Below are positions 1 to 11,612 of a DNA stretch of 64,000 nt, piece by piece (the first letter of the stretch is position 1; every line of letters starts with the position of its first letter). Made by a program: the position numbers and the translations under genes. A model generated the notes under the pieces. The model had not been told where the DNA came from and ran no database searches. It was given only the letters and a program-made list of their open reading frames with translations. The stretch lies in the NCBI GenBank assembly GCA_002104945.1, contig MCFH01000031.1, positions 496,001 to 560,000 on the forward strand. The letters run 5' to 3'. This stretch comes from Piromyces finnis finn (lineage: Eukaryota; Fungi; Neocallimastigomycota).

Positions 1-283
1 AACAAAACCATAAGCAAAAAATAAATAAAAATTTTTTTTCTATAATAAACTTTTTTTTATTTGTTAAGATTATTAGGAATTATTTTCTATTTACATAACA
101 TGTGCATTTAAACAAAACAAATTTTCATTACAAAGAAATTTAAATTTATTTTAATCAATATTTTTTTCTTATTTTGTTTTTATTGGTATATGTTTATATA
201 TATATAAAGTTTACAACTTAAGATAGAGCGAGTAATTAATTAATATAATATATATTATTAATATGTATATATATTATATATAT

Positions 284-1309
284 TTAAAGTTTTTGGTATA
301 ATCTTAAAAAGTATCTCATGTTATTTAATTTGGTTGGATAATGAAGGGGTTGAATTTTTTCATTAGGTAATCTGTACCATACTGCATCATCTTTCAGTAT
401 AATATCAAAGCTTTTAATCATATCAATGAGTTGGAAAATCATAATTGTTTTTTTTCTATCTCCTTCACTATTATTTACATTTAAATTTGAGAAAGAACCA
501 GCTGAATCCACTAATAAGAAGTAAGAGCCTTTTGGTAAATTTTTAACAAGTCTAGTAATTAATTGTACTGTTTCTTTTTTAGACATGGTAAAAAGTTCGT
601 TCATAAGAAACATTGCTGTAACTAAAGTTGCTTTTGAAATATGTTCATCAACTGTCATTCCATCAACTTTATCATTTTTTAAAACATCAGCAACAGAGGT
701 TGAATATTTAATTCGGTTATCTTTTATATTCCATTGTTCTTTCATTGTTTTAACTAAGCTATCTTGCACTTCATTATAATTTGCATAATCCTGACAATGG
801 ATTTCTAGACCTTGATTTTCATCGGTTGAAGAAGCAAGGTTTGCACAAGTTAAACCAACAACTTCACTACCAGCACCTGAACCCATACAATAAATATAAC
901 CATTTGGTGTAGCTAAGATATTAGAAAGTTCAGGATAGGAAGTGAAAAGTTCATTGTATGCTAATGCTCTTGAAGGAGCATAAGCCGTTGTGTATATTGG
1001 AAGATATTTTGGTTCACTAAAAATTGCATCATATTCTCTATTATAAAAATGGGTTTTAATTTGTTGTAATATAGTTTCAAAAGCATCATTGGAAATGTGT
1101 TCCATACAGGCATCCTTAATGATATTTAAAATTGCTTGGGAAACACATGTTTGCTTACCAAGGTGATAAATATGTTCAAGAAGATGTGGATTATCTTCTT
1201 TTTTTGGTTGTAATTGTAATTTTCTACTTTCCTTTTTTTGAATTCTGGAAGCTTTTTTCTTTAATTTAGTTTTCGAATTTCTATCACTCATTTTTTTTTT
1301 TTTATCCAA
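284..1309 (-). CDS. BMT6: 25S rRNA (uridine-N3)-methyltransferase Bmt6-like (Methyltransf_34/DUF3115 family), single exon
   Basis: 341-aa ORF with a Lys-rich N-terminus. It has the family motifs IKTHFYNREYDAIF, YTTAYAPSRALAY, SAM motif I (CMGSGAGSE), FLMNELF, LLVDSAGSFS and C-terminal NMRYFLRLY. Confidence 0.85.
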   Translation of the reverse strand: MDKKKKMSDRNSKTKLKKKASRIQKKESRKLQLQPKKEDNPHLLEHIYHLGKQTCVSQAILNIIKDACMEHISNDAFETILQQIKTHFYNREYDAIFSEPKYLPIYTTAYAPSRALAYNELFTSYPELSNILATPNGYIYCMGSGAGSEVVGLTCANLASSTDENQGLEIHCQDYANYNEVQDSLVKTMKEQWNIKDNRIKYSTSVADVLKNDKVDGMTVDEHISKATLVTAMFLMNELFTMSKKETVQLITRLVKNLPKGSYFLLVDSAGSFSNLNVNNSEGDRKKTIMIFQLIDMIKSFDIILKDDAVWYRLPNEKIQPLHYPTKLNNMRYFLRLYQKL

Positions 1310-2320
1310 AATATAAATATATTATAAAAAATAAAATATTTAAAAATTTATTTAAAATTTAAACATTTTTTATTTAATTAATAAATGTGTAATAAAGATA
1401 CAATTATAATTGTACGATAATGTATCATTAAATGTACATAATAGTATTTAAAAATAATCAAAAAGTTTGATTTTGTTTGATTGAATAAAAATAATTTTAT
1501 AGAAAATTATTGGTTAAAAATTAATGTATTTCAAATAAAAAGAAAATTTTTTGGTCAAATTTTTTTTTTCAAGTAAAAACCAGAAAGATAAAAAAAAAAA
1601 GAAAAGAAAGAATAAGAAAATAATAATAATTTTAAAGTATAATTTTGAAAGTTTCATAATTATAGATGAGAAAAGATTATTATATATTTTAAAAAATATT
1701 GATTTATATAAAATAGATTTAAATGATGCTATTACCGATTAGTCTTTAAGACAAAGATAATGGTTCCAACATGCTCTTTACTGATAAATCTATATTATAT
1801 AAGAAATATTTTTATTTATTTATTGATATTTTGAAATGCTTAATTTTTATGAAAGTTTGTTTTATATATACATAATTAAAATGAATGTTGTGATAATAGT
1901 TATAATTTTATTTAAATGAAAGTGTGTATACATGTGTTTAAAAATAATAATTTAAAGTGTTTTTTTCCCTTTCAATAAAGCTCATCATTTTATTTATTGC
2001 TAGTTTTAATATAATGCTTTATAGTGTTTTTTCCTACTAGTAGTAATGATATTTTTATTTTATTTTAATAAAATTATTTTACTTTGCAAAATAATAAAAT
2101 ATTTCATAAAATATTTTATGAATTGATTAATACTTCTTGTTTTTGTTTATTAAAAATTGTTTATTATAAAAAAATAAATATATTAAATGAGAAAAGTGAA
2201 GAAATTATTTAATACTATATTAAATAACGCTATTAACGCTATAATAATTAATTATTTTATAAATGTTAATGAAGAAAAGTTTTATAATTATAAGTAATAT
2301 TTTTGCTATTATTTTGTAAT

Positions 2321-3358
2321 TCAATGGTCCTTTCTTTTTTTAGATAGAGGCAATGAATCATCGTCTAATTTTCTTCCTGAAGATGAATATTCTAAGTCTA
2401 AATTAATTTTTTTTTTATTATTATCTTTATTTTCAACGATGAGTGTATTCAAATCATTTATACTTCTTTCTTCCTCTATTTCAAGATTATTATTATCGTT
2501 AGATAAACCTAAAAGTAGGTTATCAAACATAACATCCTTTTCGGGTTCTTTTTGAGCAATAAAAGTAATATGACCATTTCTATTTTCAAACTTTTTAATT
2601 TGGAAACCCATTTTTCTTAATAATTCCCAAATATCCTCATAATGAAGTCGTACTTTTTTATACCATCCTTGATATAATTTCCATTTTTGATGTTTATCAG
2701 GTGTTGGTCCGTATAAAGAAGACTGAGATTCTTCCTTTTGATTTGGATCAATTTTTTGTTTAATGTATAAGAGTTCGTGAACTTTGACATGTGTCTTTTC
2801 AAATTCCATATAGCAAGTAAAAATGGTATTATCATCATTCCTCATTGGAATGAATTTATTTAAGGTATTTTCTGCTTCAGAATCAGCAAGATTATTAAAA
2901 GTTAACACAATTGTACCGTTTGGTTGGAGTGCATTAGAAATTTTAATTAAGAGACGTTTTACTTCTTCCATATTTCCTAATTGTGTTAAAGTATCTCCCA
3001 TACAAACAACCATTTCTACACCATTCTCTGGAGTACCTTCTGTAAATTTTAAAAGATCACCACAAATGGTATGTATTTTGTCTTGAACATTTCTTTCTTT
3101 AGCTCTTTCATCTAATATATTTAATAATTTTTGACAAAAATCAACAGCAATGACATTATAACCAAGAATTGCTAATGGAATTGTTTGTGCACCAGAGCCA
3201 GCTCCTAAATCTACTACTGTACCATTATTTCTTGGTTTATGTATATTGTTATTACGAAAGAATTTTAAAGTTTCTTCGAAATTTGTTTCAAAATCTCCTG
3301 TCATCCAATCATAATAATCTGCTAGATAATCATAGTGCGATTGAGTTTGTGCTGACAT
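2321..3358 (-). CDS. Class I SAM-dependent methyltransferase, prokaryote-like small-molecule type, single exon
   Basis: 345-aa ORF with motif I VVDLGAGSG, motif II VIAVDF, VVCMGDTLTQL and LQPNGTIVLTF. The core (HY..LA.YYDWM.GDF, RFIP-like KFIPMRNDDNTIFTCYMEF) recalls bacterial/archaeal Methyltransf_25 proteins. An extra ~75-aa acidic/basic C-terminal tail follows. Confidence 0.88.
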   Translation of the reverse strand: MSAQTQSHYDYLADYYDWMTGDFETNFEETLKFFRNNNIHKPRNNGTVVDLGAGSGAQTIPLAILGYNVIAVDFCQKLLNILDERAKERNVQDKIHTICGDLLKFTEGTPENGVEMVVCMGDTLTQLGNMEEVKRLLIKISNALQPNGTIVLTFNNLADSEAENTLNKFIPMRNDDNTIFTCYMEFEKTHVKVHELLYIKQKIDPNQKEESQSSLYGPTPDKHQKWKLYQGWYKKVRLHYEDIWELLRKMGFQIKKFENRNGHITFIAQKEPEKDVMFDNLLLGLSNDNNNLEIEEERSINDLNTLIVENKDNNKKKINLDLEYSSSGRKLDDDSLPLSKKRKDH

Positions 3359-4365
3359 TTTATATGTATATACGTATTATTATTATTATATTTGAATTTT
3401 ATAAATATTGAATTGACGTAAATCGATTTAAATATAGTTAAAAATGTAATATTTTTGATTGATAATTTTATAATGTTTTACAATCTTTATTTTTTTTTTT
3501 TTAAAAAAAGTTGATTTTAAATTGTAATTGTTATAATACAAAAAAAGAATGGGATATAAATAATATAAAATTATTGAGATTTCTATTAAAATTAAATACA
3601 ATTAATAAATATATTTAATAGATACTAATTAAATAATATTTTATAAATCATTTATTTTTTCTTTATTTTTTTATTTTTTTTTCAATTAAACATAAATATA
3701 AAAAAAAAAATTTTTTTTTTAAATTTTCATTAGTTCATTCGAAATAAAAATTTTTATAATTTCTAAAATAAATTAAAAAAATTTTTTTTTTTTCGGAATC
3801 ATTAAACATTTTTATTTTTCCATCTTTCAAAATACTTATGGAATATTATAAAGATAAATATAAAAAACAAAAACAAAAACAAATAAAAATAAATAAAAAC
3901 TAAATTGTATTTTAAAAAGAAATTTCAAAAAAAAAAAGGTATAAATACCTGACTAGTTAAATAGCCAACTAAATAATAATATAAAATAAGCAACAAATAA
4001 AAAGCATACAAATTCTTCTAATAAGAATTACACAAGATTAAATAATAACAGTTAATGTAAGACAAATCGTTTTTTATTAAATTTATTAAATAATTAATTT
4101 ATAAAGAAAATACATAAATATATAATTAACATAAATCACATGATCACTTAATTCGCTTCACTATTTTTTCAACCTTTTTTCTACCCAAAATTTGATTTAT
4201 TATTTATATAGATAGAAAGAATACTTTTAAATAAATGCCCAAAGTTTAAATTGAGATAAAAGTATGAATTATCGTTTAAATAGTATTATATATGGATAAA
4301 GATAATAAAAAAATAATAATAAAAAAGAAAATATTTAAAATGTTTTTTTTTTTTTTTTTTTTTGA

Positions 4366-6238
4366 TTACATAAAATCATCATCTGATGCATATATTTCAT
4401 TATAATTTGTTTTCTTTCTTTCTCTTAAATTATGAGATCCTTTCTGAGATGTATTTCTTGGTTTTTGACTACCTGAAATAATTTCACTCTTGACATCCAA
4501 TACTTGTTTAATTTCAAAGAACCAACTATATAATCCAGATAAATTATTAATATCATCTATTTTTTCAAGTTGATATTCTGAAAATTTAACAACCTCTTTT
4601 TTATCTTTTTTAACAATAAGTTTAATATCATTATTATTAAAAATAGCTAATTCGACACCTTTAAGTTTATTCTTTAAAATCTTGATATTATCATTTTTTT
4701 TATTTTCATGAATAATGGAATCTGAATGTTCGGTGTAGAGACTTTTTATTTTATTTGTGATATTGTGAAGGAATTTTGGATGATAGGATAAGGTATAATT
4801 CTTTTTATAGTTATCTAAATCGACTACTTTTTCCTTTTCTATATTTTCTTGTTCTTCTTCTTGATCACTTTTTAATTCAATTTCCATGGTATCATTATTG
4901 GCCATATCACTTAAGATAATGGTGATAGAAGGTAATCCAAAGGTACTTTCAAGATAAAATGAAATTTCATTAATTTTATTAAGGAACATTACTACATTTT
5001 TTCCATCGAGAATTGGAACTTCATTTTTTATAGCTACTTCTTTTCCTAGTTTATTACACCAAGATTTGAAGTTTTGAAGGGAGGTTTCAACATTAATATC
5101 AGTAGAAGAATTTTCTAATTTTGTTTGAGAATCAATTTTATAACCACGAGAAGAGAAGAAATCAATGATATTCGTGTGAAGTAATTCTTCATCATAATCA
5201 TTAAGTTGTAAGGTACTAATTAACTTTTTTATCTCTCCAGTTGAAGATATCATTTCATAGGAATAATCATATAATATACTATCATCATCATAATAATAGA
5301 TATTATAATAATTATCTTGATTTTCTTTTCTTTTAAAGTCTTCTATTACAATACCATAAATATTCTCATCATCTGTTGTTTCTTCTGTATTATCTATGAT
5401 AGTAATGTTATATTTTAATCAAATAAATAAAATAAAATAAATAGAATTAATAAAACTATTTCCATTACAATTTTTTTTTTTTATATTTAAATTCATTTAT
5501 TAGCGTTTGATATCATACTTAATGCTAATTTCCCTTTTTCATCCTTTGTTATAAAAGATAATAATGATTTTGGTTTTAATATCTTTATCTTTTCAGTATT
5601 CTTTTTTTGTTCATCTTTTTTTTTTTTTTTTTAATATTTTATTAATCATTGATATATGGAAATATTTAATTTTTAATAAAATGTAAAATTATATAATGGT
5701 GTAGAAAAAAAAAAATTGTTATTATTTCTGTTGATGTGAATACTACTATAAAATATTATTATTATTATATTAAAAAACAAACAAATAAACAAAAAAAAAA
5801 AAAAAAAAAACATACCTTCAGAATCTCCTTCATTTTCTGGTTTTTGAGAAGTGTATTTAATATCAATAACCCAGTAGTAACGATGATTACGGTCAATACC
5901 TAAAAATCGTTCATTACCTTTGAAAATCTTATTTTTAATATCTAATTTTTCTTTCTTTTTTGCTAATAGTAAATTATCTTTTTTCTTTAATGCCCTTTTT
6001 AATTTATCCAAAGTTGTCACTTTTTTATTATATTCAGAGTGTAATCCAGATAATGCTCGATGATCAATAACTAAATTACTATTTGCATGTCTTTGTAGTC
6101 TTGTTTTACTTTTTGATATTTCTTCTTTTTCTTTTTCTTTTTGTTTTTTAATTTCCTAGAGATATAGATATATACATATACATATATACGTATTTTAAAT
6201 AATGTCATATTATAAAATAATTTTTATTACTATGAATC

Positions 6239-6277
<39 letters not shown>

Positions 6278-8743
6278 CCTGAATATATATGATTTTTTTT
6301 TAAAGAATACTTACCAATTCCAAGGTTTTAATTCGAATACCGACAATATTCACATCTCTATGCAAATTATTAATTTCGTCTTCCATATTTTTTCTTTCTG
6401 CAATATCAATACGACGTTGATTTCCCAATTGAACCATTTTATCTATCATGGCTTCAATTTTTTCACGATAGGAAAGTGTATCTGCAAGAATGGCAATGAG
6501 TTGATGAAGTGTTTTCACATGGGCTAAAGGAGATATACGGTAGAATTCATTAGATTTTATTTCAGCTAAATGATTTGGGAGGGGATAATTATACATAGTA
6601 TTGCGTTTCAAACGATATTTTATACGTAAAGTTTCAGTAATCGTTGGAATAAGATAATATTGCCATGTTAATTCATTCAATGGTATAATTAAATTTGATG
6701 TTTCTTCTTTTCCTATTAAAAAGACTAAGATAGCAACATAAATGCTAGATAATAATTTAAATGAATTTTGGGTAGGGTAGACGATCGCTTGATAAAGCGT
6801 ATTAAAGTTTATTTTTTGATCTAATTCCAAGATACAATCTCCAAACTTTTCCAAGAAATCTGTTATCGATAATAATTTTAGGATATCTGGTATAACTAGA
6901 TTTGTATTTCTATCAAAAACCGAACAATGACTAAGTTTTGTAAACTCTGGAATAGGAAGAACTTTTTTAACTTTAGATGTGGAACTTTTCTTTCTTGGTT
7001 TAAAGGATCTAACTGAGGGTGTTAATACTTTTGAGAATCCATTTAATGAGGCTTGCTTATACGTAACTTTTTTATCATTTTCATTATCTTCCTGTGATTG
7101 TTCTGATTTTCTTCTAGTTCTTTTTCTTTCCGTTGTGTTGTCACTACTTTGTCTTTGTCTTTTTTTTGGTAATTTTTCATTTGAATTATTATTTTCATTT
7201 TCTTGTTCAATTTCCATATCTTCCGATGAATTTAATTCGATTTCATTTTCAACCTTTTTATTATTTAATTTTTTTGATTTTCTATCAAAAGTGAGATAAG
7301 AAGTTAACTTTCTATTATTAGAATTGTCACTTAATAACACAACAGTTTCTTTTGTGGGATCAATTTTTTTTTTAATATATTCTATTTTCGATGTATTTGT
7401 AATAGATGTGTTTTTGGTGATTTCTTTTGAAGGACGTTTTCTTAAACTTCTTCCATTAATAACAACCGAAGTTGAAGAAATATCTTTTTTTTCGTCGTTA
7501 ATGTCTAATCCCAAATTATTTAATTCTCTTGAAAATTTTTTAGATCTTGTTGTACTATCTGATTTTTCATTTTCATCATCTGCTTCTTCACCATCATCTA
7601 TTAATGATATTGATTCATCTATGATAGGTTTATGATTTAAAATGGAATCCTTTTCGTTGGTAGATGAAGTTGATGAATTTTTAGAATGTCCTCTTAAACT
7701 TCTTAATCTTGATTTAATTAAATTATCATTATCTAGTAATAATAAAATAATATGTTTATCAAAAAGTATAATTATTTTTCAATATTACTATTAATAACAA
7801 TTATTTTTTTTTTTTTTATATATCTAATTTATCTTTCTCTTTTTTTTTTTTATTTTATTTTTTTCCATTATTTTATCTTATAATTAAATGAAGAATTATC
7901 TTATTCTATATTATAATTTATAATATATATATATACATATCAATATTAAATACCTTTTACTTCTTCTTCTTTTGACTCGATAACTATTGAATTATTTTCT
8001 GAAGAAATATTTTTCTTTTTCTTTTTATCTTTTTCAATTACCAAGATTTCAAAATTATTATTTATAGTATTTTTTTCTTTTTCATCTTTTGTCTTATCGA
8101 TAATTTCAGCACTTTTTTCACTTTCTTGGTCGGTTGATTGACAAATTTCCTGATTAGTATTTTCACTATCTTGTTCTTCACTACCACTATTAATAGCAAT
8201 TAGTTCAATAGTTTTTGTTTTTGTTATATTATTATTTTTATTTATCTTAATATTTTTTTTCTGGAAATAAGGACTCTTTACAATTTTTTTATCTTTTTTA
8301 TCTTTTTTTGGAGTGGTTATATTAATTTCATTATCTTTATTATCATTATGGGTGGTTTTTAATATTACTGCTTTTTCATTTTCATTATTGGTTGTTTCTA
8401 TTTTCTGTAATTTCTTTTCTTTTGAAGGTTCGGTTAAATCTATGAGTGAAGAATTGTCTGAATTTGATTCTGGAGAAGATATATCAACAATTTCTTCTTG
8501 TTTTTGAATTTTCTTTTTTTTACCCATTGGAGAAAACCATTGTTCAATAGAATGTTGACTTTTTTTATTATCAGTTTCCATATTGTTTCCCTTTTTTTTA
8601 TTCTTTTCTTTTACTATTTTTTCTTTTTGTTCTGTTATTTTAATTGTATTTGAAATAACAGAATTATTATACTGGAATGGTAATTCTGAAATAGGAACTA
8701 ATTCTTGTTCATTAATATCACTAGTTGTATTTGGGTTTACCAT
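4366..8743 (-). CDS. DDT-WHIM1-WSD domain protein (ISWI chromatin-remodeller accessory subunit, Itc1/ACF1/BAZ-like), multi-exon
   Basis: Joins ORFs 7946-8743, 6300-7514, 5673-6020 and 4366-5253 through GT-AG introns (donors near 7952, 6315, 5815). DDT-like DILKLLSITDFLEKFG..LLSSIYVAIL, LNELTWQ, WHIM1-like EFYRISPLAHVKTLHQLI and WSD-like FLGIDRNHRYYWV are present. The 3' exon boundaries are approximate. Confidence 0.72.
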
Positions 8744-10162
8744 AAAATAATTAATATATAATATAATTACTATGTTATGAATGCCTTTAAAAAATTATTG
8801 ATAAAGTTATTATTATTATTATTTTGCGTATTATGAATAATGTGTCAAAAAAAAAATATTTATTAATACTACTATAATGTTTAATAATTTAATACAGATA
8901 GTTTATTATTTTTTTTTCGGATTAAAAAAAAAATTACTACGCTTTACTATTCTATTAAAAATAAAAAAAAAAAAAACTTTTTAAATTTTCTATCTTTTAT
9001 ATTTTGTATAAGTAATGTATATATAATTATATAATATATAATATTAAAAAACGAACTACAAAGATTTTATTTTATTTTTTGTCAGTTTTGAAAAACATTA
9101 ATTTAATAGAAATAAGTTTTTTTTTTTTTTTTTTTTTATTTTTTTTATTATTATTATATATTTTTTGATTTATGGACAATGATTTTTTTTTTTTTTAATA
9201 AATCTTTTATTTATTTTATATTATAATTAATTAAAAATATATATATATAAAATATATTAATTATATTTAATTAGATCAATATTTTTTTTAGAAAAATGTT
9301 AGGTTTTTATTATTTAAATAAGAATTATGTATATGTAATATTATTTATGAATTTAAAAAGTGAATGGAATATAATTAATACAATGCATTTTTAATAGAGA
9401 TACTGCTATCAATTCATCATTTAGGTTTTGTTAAAAGAGAGAAAAAAAATTAAAATGCTTATAGAATAATATTTATAATTCTAGATATTATATATATTAT
9501 ATACACAAAAAGATATAAACTTTTTTTTTTTATTTTGAATGATTTAAATTTTTATTAAAAGTAGTAGAGTTAATATAAAATAATATATAGTTTATTAAAA
9601 TAAATAAAATGTAGGATAGCTAAATAATATTCTATTAAAATATATATAAGGGTTTTAAATGAACTTTTTTTTTTTTTTGCTTTGTTTCCTTTTCTTTCTT
9701 TTCCTTTTCTTATTCTGTTTATCAATTATCAATAATAATATTATTATATTTGATTTCTTTTTCTTTCAGTTTTTATTATTATTATTATTATTATTTTTAT
9801 AAATACTATAAAAAAATGGAAAGATGATAATTACTATTATCATTTTAGACCTTTTTTTTTTTTTTACTTGATAGCACTTTACAACAATAATAATAGTTGA
9901 TAAAATTGTAATAAAACAAACAAAAACCAGAAAAAAAAAAAAATCAATCCATTAATAATAATAAAATTATTTTTTATATTTTATTTTTGATTCAGTTTCA
10001 TGATGATTAAAAATGATAAAATAATGATCGAGATATCATTTTAAAAAAAAAAAGATTTAAATTAAAGAAATATACAGAAAGTAACATAATATATATATTT
10101 AAATTTTCTTTTCAACTAAATAAAAAGAAAGATAGTGTGAAATAAAAAGAATGAAAGAGCAA

Positions 10163-11612
10163 TCATACTGTTTCATCTTTTTTATCTTTAATACTGGCTG
10201 TATCATCAGCTTCATTATTTAATGGATTCTGTAGTTCACATCTGAAACGTTCTGCAATCATTTTAGCTTCATTTCTACTAATAAGACCAGATTGGCTTGT
10301 CGTTGAATTGAAACTTTCTACCGATACATTTGGAATAAAATTTTCATTTGCATTTATTGATGGACCTAACATCACATAATCGATATTAACGGCTGAATAT
10401 ACACTATCTTCAGCGAATGCATCATCCATAAGAGTTGGTAACATTCTTGTTGTTGAGTTTTGTTTTAATGAATCAGCATTTGAGTTCTTATCTTTTCCTT
10501 TTAATTTTTTACTACAATATACTAGGAGACAACATGCCAATATTAGTAAAATTACACCTCCTATTATTATTGATATAATACCTGAAGTGCTAATGGAGTT
10601 ACCATCATCACTAATTTCTTTATTTGATGATGTATCATTATCAGTATTAGTAGCATTATTATCTTTATTATTTCCAGTTTGTTCATTATTAACATTATTT
10701 GCTCCATTTGAATTAGCTATAGAGCTATTTTCTGTTTTGTTATTATTATCGGCACTGCTATCCTTATCCTTATCCTTATTATTACTGCTAGCATTTGAAT
10801 TACTGTTTGCGTTATCATTATCTGTTTTTGAATCTGATCCATTGGTGCTACTAGCGTTATTAATTGTAGTTGACTCATTAGTTTCAGGCTTTTTTACAGG
10901 CATAGAATCATCTATTATTATATTTTATTATTTAATAATAAAATAAATAGTTTAATACATAAATATTATTTTATTTGATAGACTTTAAAACACTTTTAAG
11001 TAAATAGTTTAACACATAAATAATTATTTTATTTGATAGACTTTAAAACACTTTTTAATGAAATTATTATTTTCATAAATTAAATAAATTTAAAGTCCTT
11101 ACCGAATATAACATAACTGGTTCCAAGGCCTTTTGGACCAGCTGGAGCCATCATACAGAAGTTACTAGTTAAATATTCAACTAAAAATACAAAAGTTTTT
11201 CCTTCAATATCAAAATCTACATCATTAATAGTAATACTATATTCTTCTTCTCCGTGATTTAATTTCCATGATCTAAGTACGTGTTGACTTTGCAATTCAT
11301 GACAATCTGTTTTATCTGAATTATCACCATATAATAGTGAAATTTGTAATCCAGTTGGATTATCAGATTTATGCCAAGAAAGTGCTACTGGTTCTCCTGG
11401 TTTTATAACATTTGTTGATATACATAGTGATGTACCACAATTACCTTTATAAAGAAATTAAATATATATAAATAGATTGAATAAAAAGTTTAAATGATTA
11501 TATTTAAAATATATTTAGTAAATAGTATATTATAGTTTTAATTACTTTCTGAGAATGCAACTTTTATAAGTACACTTAAAAAGAAGGCAATGAATGTTTT
11601 GAAGTATAACAT
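10163..11612 (-). CDS. Secreted type-I single-pass membrane protein (signal peptide, Cys-containing beta domain, N/S/D-rich stalk, TM, cytoplasmic tail); cell-surface sensor-like; 3 exons
   Basis: Exon 1 starts at ATG 11612 and encodes MLYFKTFIAFFLSVLIKVAFSE (signal peptide). Exon 2 (~11445-11103) encodes SNCGTSLCISTNVIKPGEPVALSW...YVIF, and exon 3 is 10911-10163. The GT-AG junctions keep the frame. TM segment is GIISIIIGGVILLILACCLLVYC. Confidence 0.75.
10944..11058. repeat. Tandem duplication of a ~57-bp unit (2 copies) inside intron 2 of the TM-protein gene
   Basis: TAAATAGTTTAA(T/C)ACATAAAT..TATTTTATTTGATAGACTTTAAAACACTTTT occurs at 10944-11000 and 11001-11058. Confidence 0.9.

Noticed and set aside
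585-3411. Plus-strand and alternate-frame ORFs overlapping the two methyltransferases (585, 2617, 2823, 3169)
   Set aside because: They are antisense or out-of-frame shadows of well-supported genes, with no recognisable motifs.
6979-8507. Hydrophobic Phe/Ser/Leu-rich plus-strand ORFs (6979, 7324, 8313; likewise 10587, 34978, 52594)
   Set aside because: They are reverse complements of Lys/Glu/Asn-rich exons, so the apparent TM character is an artefact.
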